A DNA stretch of 64,000 nt from Thermoplasmata archaeon (GCA_036404475.1 DASWZL010000107.1:2066-66065); one strand, 5' to 3'; shown: positions 27,954-38,118, counted from the stretch's first letter. A program made the numbers and translations. Notes: generated from the sequence alone by a model not told the origin.

Positions 27954-29450
27954 ATGTGGGCCTCGTCCCGACGTCCGCTCTCGTCCCTCGAGATGGCGGT
28001 CGTCGAACAGAACGCGGTGGCCCTCGGCGTCACGATCGACGCCCTCATGGAGAATGCGGGACGCGCCACCGCCGAGGAGACGACACGCCACCTTCCCCCG
28101 CCCCCCGCGCGCGTCGCAGTGGTCGCCGGTACGGGGAACAACGGAGGGGACGGGACCTGCGCCGCGTTCTATCTCTTGCAGTGGGGTTACTCTCCCGAGA
28201 TTTGGCTGGTCCACCCGCCAGTGGAGATCCGCTCGCGGGCCGCCCAGCGCTGCTTTGACCGGGTCAAGAACCGGGTCCCGGTCCGGGTGGGAGTGCCTCG
28301 ACCGGAGGATCTCGCGACGATGCCGCTCGTCGTCGACGCGTTGCTCGGCACCGGTCAGTCCGGACGGCTCCGTCCTCCGATCCGGGAGGCGGTCGCGGCC
28401 ATCCGGGCGAGCGGTGCCCCGGTCCTCTCCCTCGACGTGCCCACGGGGATCACCGACCCCGAAGGGTTGCGACCCTCCTGGACCGTCACGTTCACGATCC
28501 GGAAGGAGGAGATGGAGGAAGGGAAGGTCGGGGAGCTCACGGTCCGGGACATCGGCATGCCTCCGAACTCGTGGCGACAGACCGGCCCCGGGGAGTTCCA
28601 CCTCTTTCCCGCACCGAGGGAGCCGCGAGGTCGGAACGGCCGTCTGGTCGTGATCGGCGGGGGCCCGTACACCGGTGCCCCGGCACTGGCCGCCCTGGCG
28701 GCGATGCGCTCGGGCGCGGAACGAGCCACGGTCGTGACCCCCGAGGTCGCGGCCGGAGCGGTCCGCGCCTTTAGTCCGAACCTGATCGTCCGGCCCGTCG
28801 GTTCGGACCGGTTCCGTCCCCACGACGTCCCCGCCATTCTCGAGACCGTCCGCTCCGCTCCCCCCGGTGCCGTCGTCCTCGGCATGGGCGCCGGCGCTCA
28901 CCCCGAGACGATCGAGGCCCTCCGCTCCGTCATTGCGGCCCTTGCTCCGGAGGTTCCCCTCGTCGTGGACGCGGACGGCCTGGCCGCCCTCTCCGAGGAC
29001 CCCGCGAGCCCCGAGCCGGCGCCCGTACCGGGGCTCGTCGCGACCCCGAACGCGGGCGAGTTCGAGCGGGTCTTCCAGGGTCCCTCGGCCGGGTCGTTCG
29101 AGGAACGGTGCGCCGCCGCCGAACGCATCGCCGGGGAGCGTCACCTGACCCTCGTCGTGAAAGGCTCGCCGGACATCCTCACGGACGGGGAGACCACCAT
29201 CGGGAACTCGCATCACCACCTTGCCATGACCGTGGGAGGGGTGGGCGATGTCCTGGGCGGCGTTCTGGGGGGTCTCCTGGCCCAGGGGGTCCGCCCCCTG
29301 CACGCGGCCCGTCTCGCGACGTACTGGACGGGAGAAGCCGGTCTGAGGGCCGCCGCCCATCGAGGTTTCGGGATACTAGCGACCGACGTGATCGAGGAGC
29401 TTCCGGCGGCGCTGGTCGTCGGCCTTCAGCGGGTCGAGCGGGCGATCTAG
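27954..29450 (+). CDS. nnr: bifunctional NAD(P)H-hydrate epimerase / ADP-dependent dehydratase
   Basis: N-terminal YjeF_N (VVAGTGNNGGDG) fused to a C-terminal carbohydrate-kinase-like domain (VIGGGPYTGAP, GGVGDVLGG). Confidence 0.9.
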   Translation: MWASSRRPLSSLEMAVVEQNAVALGVTIDALMENAGRATAEETTRHLPPPPARVAVVAGTGNNGGDGTCAAFYLLQWGYSPEIWLVHPPVEIRSRAAQRCFDRVKNRVPVRVGVPRPEDLATMPLVVDALLGTGQSGRLRPPIREAVAAIRASGAPVLSLDVPTGITDPEGLRPSWTVTFTIRKEEMEEGKVGELTVRDIGMPPNSWRQTGPGEFHLFPAPREPRGRNGRLVVIGGGPYTGAPALAALAAMRSGAERATVVTPEVAAGAVRAFSPNLIVRPVGSDRFRPHDVPAILETVRSAPPGAVVLGMGAGAHPETIEALRSVIAALAPEVPLVVDADGLAALSEDPASPEPAPVPGLVATPNAGEFERVFQGPSAGSFEERCAAAERIAGERHLTLVVKGSPDILTDGETTIGNSHHHLAMTVGGVGDVLGGVLGGLLAQGVRPLHAARLATYWTGEAGLRAAAHRGFGILATDVIEELPAALVVGLQRVERAI

Positions 29451-29465
29451 GGTCGTTCGCGGTCC

Positions 29466-30122
29466 TCAGGCGTACCGAACCCGGCCTCGGATCACTTTCG
29501 CCCGAGCTCGAACGTCCTTGGCCCCCGCGGGATTTCCGTCCGCGTACCCCTCGTGGAACGCCCGAACGAGAGCGTCGGACCTCGCGCTCAGGGCTTTCAG
29601 GTCCTCCTCGACTAAGTGCAGGTCGATCCCGAGCTCCTCGAGCCCCGGGCTTCGGGTCCCCATCGACAGGTCGAGGAACGCCGGGGTCCTCCGGGGTCCT
29701 TCCGGGAAGAGCACGTTCGAGCTCGTGAGGTCCCCGTGGGCGATCGAACCGGCGTGCAGCACGCCGAGCGCGTGACCGAACGCACGGACCGCGACCGGGA
29801 GGTCGTCGGGCGGGACGTTCGGGTCCTCCAACAGCTGCCGGAGGGTCGGACCGGGGAGCTCTTCGAGAGTGAGCCGGTGACGCGGAAGGTCGATGTCGTA
29901 GATCATCGGGGTACGGACCCCGAGACGGCGGGCGTCGACCAAGAGGCGAGCCTCGTTGCGGGTCCTCTCCCGCCGGATGCGGTCGTCGAGCGCCTTCGGT
30001 CGGTAGGTCTTGAGGTCCCGTTCCTTGAGGAGGGCCGGAAAGCCCCACCAGTCGACCTTGCGGAGCGACGCCTCGGCCCCGCGGGAGACGGGAGGACCCT
30101 CGGCGGTCGGCTCGCTGGACAT
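29466..30122 (-). CDS. bud32: KEOPS complex kinase/ATPase Bud32
   Basis: 218 aa. ERTRNEARLL and HGDLTSSNVLF catalytic loop. Stand-alone, not fused to Kae1. Confidence 0.8.
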   Translation of the reverse strand: MSSEPTAEGPPVSRGAEASLRKVDWWGFPALLKERDLKTYRPKALDDRIRRERTRNEARLLVDARRLGVRTPMIYDIDLPRHRLTLEELPGPTLRQLLEDPNVPPDDLPVAVRAFGHALGVLHAGSIAHGDLTSSNVLFPEGPRRTPAFLDLSMGTRSPGLEELGIDLHLVEEDLKALSARSDALVRAFHEGYADGNPAGAKDVRARAKVIRGRVRYA

Positions 30123-30136
30123 CGTTCGACCGGGCC

Positions 30137-31057
30137 CTACCGTCCTTTTCGCGCGACGACGCTCCGGACGATCGCCTCGCGCGCGAGGCGAGCCGCGAGG
30201 AGGCTCGTGTTCCCCGAGTCGTAGGGGGGACTGACCTCCATGATGTCAAGGCCCGCGAGGCGCGGGGCGGCCTGTCCGATGACGTACTTCACGTCCCGAG
30301 GCGTGAGGCCGAACGGTTCCGGGGTCCCCGTCGCTCCGGCGTACGCGGGGTCGATCGCATCGATGTCGAGCGAGATGTAGATCCGCTCGGTCTTGAGAAT
30401 GTTGAGCGCCTGATGGACGGCGGCCTCGATGCCGTCCCGCGCGATATCGGCGGCCGTCACGTACGACATCCCGATGGTGCGATTGTCGTCCATCTCTTCC
30501 CGGGAGACCGAACGAACCCCGAGCACGACGATGTTGCGGGCGCCGACCTTCTCCAAGATCCGGCGGGACGAGCAGCCGTGACTGCGGCGGTCGCCGAGAT
30601 AGCTCTCGCGGAAGTCCAGGTGGGCGTCGAGGTAGAGAACCCCGACGCTGGGCGAGGAGTCGGGGTACGCCTCGACCACCGGCGGCGAGCACGCGTGGTC
30701 CCCGCCCAGGACGATCGGCACCTTGCCCGCGGCGTAGATCGGGCGGACCTCTTCGCGGAGCGAGCGCGCCATGTCCTCGGAGCTCCCGAACTCCTCCGTG
30801 TTCCCGAGGTCGTGGACCGCGACCTCGGAAAGGTCGACCCCGGTCTCGAGGTCGTAGGACTCGAAGTTCCACGAGTGCAGGCGGATCGAATCGGGGCCGA
30901 ACCGCGCTCCGGGGCGGAAGGAGGTCGTCCGGTCGAACGGGACGCCCAGGATGATGAACTCGGCGTCCTCGAACGATGCGCTAGCGTCCGCGAAGGTGGT
31001 CGGCCGCTGCACGGTCGTCGAACGACGGGGCTCTATAAGACGGTGCCTTTGGGCCAT
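30137..31057 (-). CDS. speB: agmatinase (ureohydrolase family)
   Basis: Mn-binding motifs GGDHA, YLDAHLD and SLDIDAIDPAYA. Confidence 0.85.
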   Translation of the reverse strand: MAQRHRLIEPRRSTTVQRPTTFADASASFEDAEFIILGVPFDRTTSFRPGARFGPDSIRLHSWNFESYDLETGVDLSEVAVHDLGNTEEFGSSEDMARSLREEVRPIYAAGKVPIVLGGDHACSPPVVEAYPDSSPSVGVLYLDAHLDFRESYLGDRRSHGCSSRRILEKVGARNIVVLGVRSVSREEMDDNRTIGMSYVTAADIARDGIEAAVHQALNILKTERIYISLDIDAIDPAYAGATGTPEPFGLTPRDVKYVIGQAAPRLAGLDIMEVSPPYDSGNTSLLAARLAREAIVRSVVARKGR

Positions 31058-31060
31058 GTC

Positions 31061-32242
31061 TCAGCCGTCGTGGACCTCGGCCGGAGCGCGTTGGAGCCGG
31101 GCCCGGATGCCCATCTCCCCGTAGAGCAACTCCATCACGATGAGCGAGATCACGGTCGTCCCGATCGCCATGACGAAGAGGCCGAAGTACCCGTAGAGTT
31201 CAATCGCGATCGCGCCCACGAGCGGTCCCACGCTCCAGAGGGAGGAGTTGATGAGCGCGAACACTCCGAGGTACTCGGCCCGCTGGCCCGCGGGGGCCAT
31301 CCGCGCGACCCACGCGTTCATCCCGGGCCCGAGAAAGGAGAGCCCACCGTTGCGGACGGCCTGGGCCGGGATCGTCTCCTCCCACGTGGCCGAGAACATG
31401 AAGATCCCATACGAGGCCAGCGTCAACACGGTGCCGTACCAGATCCCTCGGATCTCTCCGATCCGGTCGATCGCTCGGCCAAGCGGCAAGCCGGTCACCG
31501 CTCCCGTGACGAGACCCGCGATGGCGACGACGCTCACCTCGAGGGTGTTGGCGCCGAGACTGGCCGCCAAAAAACCGTAGAACGCCGCGACCGCACCCGA
31601 GCCGATCGCACGGATCGACACGGCGAACGAGAAGTTCACCACGTTCCGCATCTCGCGGAGAGGTCGACGCTCGTGCGGGATATCGACCCGTATGTCCGGC
31701 ACGAGGAACAGGACCACCCCGAGCGTCCCGATCATGATGACGACAACGAACGGGAACAGCGCCTGCAAGCCGTACCAATAGGTGACGACACCCGCGAGAA
31801 CGAACCCGACCACCGCTCCCGCGTTCGAGGTGGCGTTGAGGAGGCCGTAGCCCTCTCCCCGCTCCGTGGCCCGGGTCACGTCCGCCACGAAGGCCGTGTA
31901 GGCCGGGCCCCCGATGGCGAGGGCGAGCTCGGCGGCAATGAACAGACCGCCCGCGATCAGGTAGCCCGGTGCGAAGATGATCGCGAGGAAGAGGGGGAAC
32001 GCGGCGGCCTCCCCGAGAAGCAGGAACGGCTTGCGCCGTCCCACGCGGTCCGAGAGCCGGCCCACCCATGGGCCGATGAGGCTCGCCGGCAACCAGGCGA
32101 GCGTCAGGATCGTGAGGGCCACCGGAAGGGAGGCGCCCTTGACCTCGACCAGGTAGAGGGGAAGGAAGACGACGAACAGCCCGCCCCGGTTGCTGGCGAA
32201 GAGCGAGTAGAGGGAGAGCGACAGAAGTTCCCGGGAGGGCAT
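31061..32242 (-). CDS. MFS transporter (12 TM)
   Basis: 393 aa, 12 hydrophobic segments, GRLSDRVGRRKP loop 2-3 MFS signature. Confidence 0.8.
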   Translation of the reverse strand: MPSRELLSLSLYSLFASNRGGLFVVFLPLYLVEVKGASLPVALTILTLAWLPASLIGPWVGRLSDRVGRRKPFLLLGEAAAFPLFLAIIFAPGYLIAGGLFIAAELALAIGGPAYTAFVADVTRATERGEGYGLLNATSNAGAVVGFVLAGVVTYWYGLQALFPFVVVIMIGTLGVVLFLVPDIRVDIPHERRPLREMRNVVNFSFAVSIRAIGSGAVAAFYGFLAASLGANTLEVSVVAIAGLVTGAVTGLPLGRAIDRIGEIRGIWYGTVLTLASYGIFMFSATWEETIPAQAVRNGGLSFLGPGMNAWVARMAPAGQRAEYLGVFALINSSLWSVGPLVGAIAIELYGYFGLFVMAIGTTVISLIVMELLYGEMGIRARLQRAPAEVHDG

Positions 32243-32405
32243 CGACGCTCCACCTCGGCCGGTTACTTACGCTTGAGCGCCGACGGGGACGCGCGGCGAC
32301 GGGGCCGACGCGGTCCTCCCCGGGGGCGGGACCTACGAGGGAACGAACGAGGTCCCCAGCCCCGTGTTCTCGCGCGACCTCGTGACCCGGGGCCCTTCGG
32401 GGTCC

Positions 32406-34118
32406 TCAGCCCTTCGAGGCGACCGACGGAGCCGACGCCGCCGCCTCCTCCCGCAACACGCGTCGGAGCACTTTCTGCGCCCCGCTCCGGGGCAGCTGGT
32501 CGCGGAACTCGACACGGCGGGGCGCCTTGTAGTGGGCGATCCGCTCGCGAACGAACGCGATCAGCTCTTCGGGGCTGACCGAAGCGCCGGGCTTCCTCAC
32601 GACGAACGCGACCACCGACTCGCCGCGTTCCGGGTCTGGGGCGCCGACCACCGCTACGTCCGCCACCGCGGGATGCTGGAAGAGCACCTCCTCGACTTCC
32701 CGAGGGTAGACCTTCATCCCGTTGACGTTAACCATGTCCTTCTTGCGGTCCACGAGGTAGGCGAACCCGTCCGGGTCGATCCGGGCGACGTCGCCGGTAC
32801 GGAACCAGCCGTCCTTCAGGACGAGGTCGGTCTCCTCCGTCTGCCGGTAGTAGCCCAGCATCACCTGCGGCCCGTGGACCGCGAGCTCACCGATCTCGCC
32901 CGCGCCGAGGACCCTCGTGCCGGTCTCGAGGTCGACCACCCGTTGGTCGGTTTCGGGGACGGGGACTCCGATCGAACCCACCCGGCGCTCGCCCGCAAGG
33001 GGGTTCTGGTGCGTTATCGGCGACGTTTCGGAGAGACCGTACCCCTCGACCAGCCGAGCACCCGTGAGCTCCTCGAACCGCCGCTGGACCTCGACCGGGA
33101 GCGGCGCCGAACCGCTGAGGCAGTACCGGATCGAGCGGACCCGGTGCTTCGCGAGATCCGGTTGGCGGTTGAACGCCTGGTAGAGCGCGGGAACACCGGG
33201 GAACTGGGTCGGCTGGTACCGGTCGATGAGGGTGAGGAGCTCCCGGATTTCGGGGCGGGTCTGGAGGACGACGGTCCCTCCGGCGGCGAGTCCCATCAGG
33301 AGCGCGACCGTGAGCCCGTAGATGTGGGACAGGGGGATCGCGGCCATCACGACCTCCTCGCCGGGCTCGAGCCAGATGTTCCACGCGTTCCCCTGGACGA
33401 TGTTCGCGACCAGGTTGCGATGCGTCAACATGGCGGCCTTAGGACGGCCGGTCGTTCCTCCCGTGTACTGGAGGACCGCCACGTCCGTCCGAGGGTCCGA
33501 CCTCGCGAGGGGGGCCGAGCCGAAGGTCGTGATCGCCGTCTTCCACGACCGTACCGAGGGGTCTCGCGGGTAGGTGGTTGGAAGCCTCTGCCTCCGAAGG
33601 ACGGTGTTGATGAACGGACGACGATACCACGGATAGAACTCGCGTAACCGAGCGACGAAGACCGCGGGAACGGCGTAGTCACCCCGGACGCGCGCCAGGT
33701 TCGGGTACAGCATCTCCAGCGTTACGAGCGCCTTCGGGGTCGCATCCCTCAGCACCCGGGCGAGGTCCTGCCCGAGGTATAGGGGGCTCACGGGCACGAC
33801 GATGGCCCCGAGCCGGAGGATGGCGAAGAAGGCGATCGGGTAGGCCGGGCAGTTGGGTAGATAGAGGACGACCCGGTCCCCGGGGCCCACTTTCTCTCGG
33901 GCGAGGGAAGCGGCCAGCCGCTCGCTCTCCTGCCAGAATTGTCGGTAGCTCCACCTCGCCCCGTAGTACACGATCGCCGTGCGGTCGGGCCAGCGCCGGA
34001 CGCTGCCTTCGATCAACTCGGTCAGGAGCTGGTCCGGTATGGCCACGTGCCGGGGTACTTTGGGAGGATACTGCCGGAACCAGACAGGATCCCCGAGCTC
34101 CGAAGGAGTCGCGGTCAT
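32406..34118 (-). CDS. long-chain fatty acid-CoA ligase / AMP-dependent synthetase
   Basis: AMP-binding signature LQYTGGTTGRPKAAMLTHRN, then GYGLSETSP and TGDVARIDPDGF..DRKKDM. ATG at 34118 preferred; GTG at 34139 is possible. Confidence 0.9.
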   Translation of the reverse strand: MTATPSELGDPVWFRQYPPKVPRHVAIPDQLLTELIEGSVRRWPDRTAIVYYGARWSYRQFWQESERLAASLAREKVGPGDRVVLYLPNCPAYPIAFFAILRLGAIVVPVSPLYLGQDLARVLRDATPKALVTLEMLYPNLARVRGDYAVPAVFVARLREFYPWYRRPFINTVLRRQRLPTTYPRDPSVRSWKTAITTFGSAPLARSDPRTDVAVLQYTGGTTGRPKAAMLTHRNLVANIVQGNAWNIWLEPGEEVVMAAIPLSHIYGLTVALLMGLAAGGTVVLQTRPEIRELLTLIDRYQPTQFPGVPALYQAFNRQPDLAKHRVRSIRYCLSGSAPLPVEVQRRFEELTGARLVEGYGLSETSPITHQNPLAGERRVGSIGVPVPETDQRVVDLETGTRVLGAGEIGELAVHGPQVMLGYYRQTEETDLVLKDGWFRTGDVARIDPDGFAYLVDRKKDMVNVNGMKVYPREVEEVLFQHPAVADVAVVGAPDPERGESVVAFVVRKPGASVSPEELIAFVRERIAHYKAPRRVEFRDQLPRSGAQKVLRRVLREEAAASAPSVASKG

Positions 34119-34125
34119 CGCCCGT

Positions 34126-34437
34126 CTATCCGGACCCACCGTTCGCGGCCTCCACGGCGGGCTCCTTTTCCATCTCCGGAAGACCGAGCAGAACCCGCAG
34201 CCGTTCGAACGCTCGCTCGGCGGCCCGGGCGTCCCGGGTCTTGAACAGCAGACGGCCCGCGCGGCTGATCGTGACCTCCGGCTCGAGCGAAACGATCAGC
34301 ATCACGCGGGCATCGACGACCGGGATGTCCTCCTTCTCGAGGACTGCCTTCACCGTCCGGAGGTCGAGCGAGGCCGGCGGTTCGGCGATCGCCTCATAGG
34401 CCCCGTTGTTCGAACAGAGCCGCAAGCGTCGGTACAT
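34126..34437 (-). CDS. small hypothetical protein (103 aa)
   Basis: ATG start, with the stop 8 nt before the fadD-like ATG. The segment VTISRAGRLLFKTRDARAAERAFERL recalls, from memory only, the C-terminal module of archaeal ThiF-family-2 proteins. Confidence 0.4.
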   Translation of the reverse strand: MYRRLRLCSNNGAYEAIAEPPASLDLRTVKAVLEKEDIPVVDARVMLIVSLEPEVTISRAGRLLFKTRDARAAERAFERLRVLLGLPEMEKEPAVEAANGGSG

Positions 34438-34538
34438 ATCGTCGGAGCGGGGTGTCCCCCACGCAGATAGCGCTTCTCGGGAGGCCGGCCCTCGTCGAAC
34501 GCGACCTCCACCCGAGGATGGGATTCGCGGGACCGGCC

Positions 34539-35111
34539 CTAGGACATCGGGGCGCCGCACTTCGCGCAGAACTGAGCGCCCGCGACGTTCGGAGACCCGC
34601 ACGACGAGCAGAAGCGCTGAGGGACACCGGGCCGTATCGGAGGAGAGGCGGGAGGTCCCCACGGGAGAGGTGCGCCCGATGGACCGACCGACGTGCCGTA
34701 CCCCGGCGGTCCGTAGGCCGGCGGGGAGGCCATCGGCGGGCGCCAGGTGACCGAGATGATCCCGCCAATCAGGGCGAGGATGGACCCGATGTAGAACCCG
34801 CCGCCGCCGAGGAAGCTGATCAACGAGAATACGATGATCAGAATCCCCGACCTCCGGGCCGATGCGGGGCTGGTCTTGAGGTGGAACACCCAGACGACAA
34901 TCAGCAATCCAAGGACGATCGCCAGGATTCCGAAGCCGATTACGGCCGCCACCACTGCCGAGGCTCCGGGAACGGCGCTCCCTATGAACGAACTGAGGAA
35001 TAATCCCGCGACGACCACCAAGAGTCCGTCCAGGACGATGAAGATCCCACCGATCAACGATAGCAGGTAGGCGGTGCTCGGATACGTCGGGCCGTACGAC
35101 GACGAGCTCAT
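34539..35111 (-). CDS. membrane protein with C-terminal zinc ribbon
   Basis: Four TM helices, a Pro/Gly-rich linker, then FCSSCGSPNVAGAQFCAKCGAP (CxxC-x10-CxxC). Confidence 0.6.
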   Translation of the reverse strand: MSSSSYGPTYPSTAYLLSLIGGIFIVLDGLLVVVAGLFLSSFIGSAVPGASAVVAAVIGFGILAIVLGLLIVVWVFHLKTSPASARRSGILIIVFSLISFLGGGGFYIGSILALIGGIISVTWRPPMASPPAYGPPGYGTSVGPSGAPLPWGPPASPPIRPGVPQRFCSSCGSPNVAGAQFCAKCGAPMS

Positions 35112-35188
35112 CGTCCTCGCACCGGGCGGTTGAGTATATCAAGCGATGCGGACCCTCGGAAGTGCGGGCGTGCTCGCCCGTGGTCTGT

Positions 35189-35815
35189 CTACAGGATGAC
35201 CGCTTTCCGGACGCAGTCGTCGACCATCTGGTCCACGTCGATCCGCTCCTCTTCGTGGAGGATCTGGACGAGGTTCGAGCGGGTGGCGGGCCGGTCCGGG
35301 ACCGCCTGGCAGCAAACCCCCGGACGGGTCGAGATCTCGTAGGTCCCGATCGACCTCGCGACGGCCTCGATCTCGTGCTTGTCGAATCCGATGAGCGGCC
35401 GGACGATCGGAAGTCCGACAGCGGCCGTCGCGGTCCGCATGTTCGAGAGCGTCTGGGAGGCGACCTGACCGAGCGCCTCGCCGGTCGCCAGGAACGTGGC
35501 CCCTTCGCGGGAGGCGATCCTCTCCGCCGACCGCCACATGAACCGGCGGCAGAGGACACACCCGAGGTGTCGGTCGGTCGACCGCATCAACGCGATCTGG
35601 GTCGGACCGTGGGGCAACAGATACATTGGGATCGGTTGGTGGTAGCGCTCCCTCAGCACCGCGAGGTGGTCGACCGTCTTCGCGAGCGGGGAATCGTCCG
35701 TGAACGGTCGGTTGTCCATGTGGACGGCCACCATCTCGTGGCCCTGGCGGAGCAAGTAGTGCAGCGCGACCGGGGAATCGATCCCCCCGCTCATCAACAT
35801 CACGCCCCGCGCCAT
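35189..35815 (-). CDS. ThiI-like PP-loop sulfurtransferase domain protein lacking the NFLD/THUMP domains
   Basis: PP-loop SGGIDSPVA, TGEALGQVASQTLSN, RPLIGFDKHEI, a CVLC (CxxC) plus CC Cys set. Only 208 aa versus about 380 aa for full-length ThiI. Confidence 0.8.
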   Translation of the reverse strand: MARGVMLMSGGIDSPVALHYLLRQGHEMVAVHMDNRPFTDDSPLAKTVDHLAVLRERYHQPIPMYLLPHGPTQIALMRSTDRHLGCVLCRRFMWRSAERIASREGATFLATGEALGQVASQTLSNMRTATAAVGLPIVRPLIGFDKHEIEAVARSIGTYEISTRPGVCCQAVPDRPATRSNLVQILHEEERIDVDQMVDDCVRKAVIL

Positions 35816-35909
35816 CGCCCTCGTTCACTCGGATGCGATATTAAGGGGTGCGCTCGTGCGCGCATTCCCCCCCGCGAGAGGTAAATAGCGAACCTTGGTC
35901 CAATCGTCG

Positions 35910-36728
35910 ATGCCCGAGGAAGCCGCCGCGCCTCCGACGGAACTCAAGTGCCGTGTGGAAGGAAGCGGCCCCGCGGTCCTCCTGCTGCACGGGGTCGGGG
36001 GGAACCACACCGTCTGGAACGATATGGTCTCGGGTCTGGCCAGGGAGTTCCTCGTCCTCGCGCCGGACCTCCGAGGTCACGGTCGGACCCGCGCGCCGGC
36101 CGGTTCTCATTTCACCTTCGCCGAGATGATGGGCGACGTCGTGCGCCTCTTGGACGACCATGGGGTTCGTTCGGCCCACCTGGTCGGCCTGAGCGCGGGG
36201 GCCCTCCTCGCGCTTCGAACCGCGCTCGACCGACCTGAACGCGTCCGGAGCCTCACGATGGTGAGCGGGGCCGCCTACACGGACTCCCACACGCGAGCCG
36301 TCGCCGAGAGGTGGTCGGAAACGTACTCCAAGGAGGGGACCGACCGGTTCGCCCTCCGCCTCCTCAAGGACCTCTACTACCCGGACTGGGTGGAGGCGAA
36401 CCTCGATTTCGCGGACGCCGTGCGCGAGCAGGTGAAGCACCAGGATTTCGCGCCCGCGGCCCGGTGGGCGAAGTCGATGGCCACGTTCGACGAGCGCGGC
36501 CGCATCGCGACCCTCGCCCGACCGACGCTGATCGTTCAGGCGATGAACGATGCGGTGGTGGACGCCTCGCACGGGCGCATCCTGCGCCAGTCGATCCCCG
36601 GCGCGCAGATCCGGATCCTGACCGAGACCGGTCACACCGTTCCGGTCGAGCGACCCCAGGAGCTCCTCCAGGCGATCACTGTCTTTGTCCGATCGGTCGA
36701 ATCCTCGAACGCCGCCGCTTCTTCGTAG
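35910..36728 (+). CDS. alpha/beta hydrolase
   Basis: HGVGGNH oxyanion region, nucleophile elbow GLSAG, C-terminal TGHTVPVE His motif. TATA-like GTAAATA lies 23-29 nt upstream of the ATG. Confidence 0.8.
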   Translation: MPEEAAAPPTELKCRVEGSGPAVLLLHGVGGNHTVWNDMVSGLAREFLVLAPDLRGHGRTRAPAGSHFTFAEMMGDVVRLLDDHGVRSAHLVGLSAGALLALRTALDRPERVRSLTMVSGAAYTDSHTRAVAERWSETYSKEGTDRFALRLLKDLYYPDWVEANLDFADAVREQVKHQDFAPAARWAKSMATFDERGRIATLARPTLIVQAMNDAVVDASHGRILRQSIPGAQIRILTETGHTVPVERPQELLQAITVFVRSVESSNAAASS

Positions 36729-36758
36729 GCGGGCGGTCGTCGCGTAGCCCGTGAGCTT

Positions 36759-36959
36759 ATGAGCCCCGGGCCGAATCCCGGGACGATGTCGGCTCCCGAG
36801 GCCTCCGACCTCGCCGCCCGTCTGTCCCAGGTCGAACGAGATCTCAGGGAACTGCGACAGCGGGTGATTGCTCTCGAACGGATGTTGGGCGCCGGAGAAC
36901 TGCATCCCGCTGACTCGTCGACCGTGCAGAGGAAAGTCTCCTACGACTGGCAGAAATGA
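36759..36959 (+). CDS. small coiled-coil protein (66 aa), hypothetical
   Basis: The stop overlaps the Nudix gene start (ATGA coupling). Helical heptad segment LSQVERDLRELRQRVIALERML. Confidence 0.4.
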   Translation: MSPGPNPGTMSAPEASDLAARLSQVERDLRELRQRVIALERMLGAGELHPADSSTVQRKVSYDWQK

Positions 36960-37603
36960 GCTCGTCCGGGTCCGGGGAACGGGTTCCCGGGACCGCCCCC
37001 GAGACGCTCTCCGAACTCCTCTCGCGATTTCCGGCCCTCGCTCCCCCCATCTCGATCGCGGGCGCGGCGGTCGTGATCGTCCTGCGGGACGGTCGTGCGG
37101 AGGTCGAAGCGTTGCTCATCGAGCGCGCGGAACGGGCCGAGGACCCCGCTTCGGGGCAGGTCGCTTTCCCCGGTGGCCACGTGGCGGATGGCGATGGCTC
37201 CCTCGCCGTGACGGCCCTCCGAGAACTCGAGGAGGAGGTCGGGCTCAGCCGGGCGGACCTGGCGGGAGAGCTCCGGTACGTCAACACCGTGCTCGCCATT
37301 CGCTTCGGTCTCAAGGTCGCGGTGTTCGCGACCGCCCTGGCCCCGGACGCCAACCCTCCCACGGCTCGGAGCGCCGAGGAGGTCGCTCACGTCTTCTGGC
37401 TCCCACGCTCGGCGTTGGCGACGTCAAGACCGATCGTGCGGGAGACGAGCCGCGGACTGGCTGAGGTCCGGTCCACGGTGTTCGAGCGGCACGTCCTCTG
37501 GGGGTTCTCGCGAAGGGTGCTTTGCCAGTTCTTCGGGGTCGCGACCGAAGACGAGTTCATCGGACCCGTCTTCCCGCCTCGCCTCCCACCTCCGGACGGG
37601 TGA
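36956..37603 (+). CDS. NUDIX hydrolase (CoA pyrophosphatase-like)
   Basis: Nudix box GGHVADGDGSLAVTALRELEEEVGL, preceded by the FPGG typical of the NudL/CoA-pyrophosphatase subgroup. Confidence 0.85.
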   Translation: MSSSGSGERVPGTAPETLSELLSRFPALAPPISIAGAAVVIVLRDGRAEVEALLIERAERAEDPASGQVAFPGGHVADGDGSLAVTALRELEEEVGLSRADLAGELRYVNTVLAIRFGLKVAVFATALAPDANPPTARSAEEVAHVFWLPRSALATSRPIVRETSRGLAEVRSTVFERHVLWGFSRRVLCQFFGVATEDEFIGPVFPPRLPPPDG

Positions 37604-37644
37604 AGTCGGAGGGAATCCTGCGGAAGAGGAAGGCCTGAGCCGGG

Positions 37645-38118
37645 ATGCTCGACGGAGCGAAGATGTGGACTCGACGGCTGCGGTGTCCCCGCTGCCACGC
37701 GGAGTTCGACTACGACCTCGTGCCCGGGATGTCGGTCACGGCGATCCGCCTGGGGACCTCCCGGTACATGCGCTGCCCCCTGTGTCATCGGTGGGGCATG
37801 TTCCCGTTGACCCGTTCGAAGGGCGATGGCGGCGGCGCGGTGTCCGGACCGACGCCCATCCTGCCGCCCGAGAGCGGTACCGGAGGAACCGGGGAAGGTC
37901 CGTTGACGGGCCGAGCGATGCCTCGGTTCAACGACCGACGACCGCTGGCCCGGTGGGGCGTCCTGCTGATCGTGCCCGCGGTGGTCCTGATGCTGTTCGG
38001 TGTGCTGCTACAAGTACCCACGAACACCGAACTCCTCCTGGTCGTCGCGGGGCCCCTCGTCCTATGTGCCGGAGCGGCCTTGCTGATCGGGTTCTCCCTG
38101 CCCGACCGGGTCCGCTGA
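37645..38118 (+). CDS. zinc-ribbon membrane protein, hypothetical
   Basis: CPRC...CPLC zinc ribbon at the N-terminus and two C-terminal TM helices. Confidence 0.5.
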   Translation: MLDGAKMWTRRLRCPRCHAEFDYDLVPGMSVTAIRLGTSRYMRCPLCHRWGMFPLTRSKGDGGGAVSGPTPILPPESGTGGTGEGPLTGRAMPRFNDRRPLARWGVLLIVPAVVLMLFGVLLQVPTNTELLLVVAGPLVLCAGAALLIGFSLPDRVR

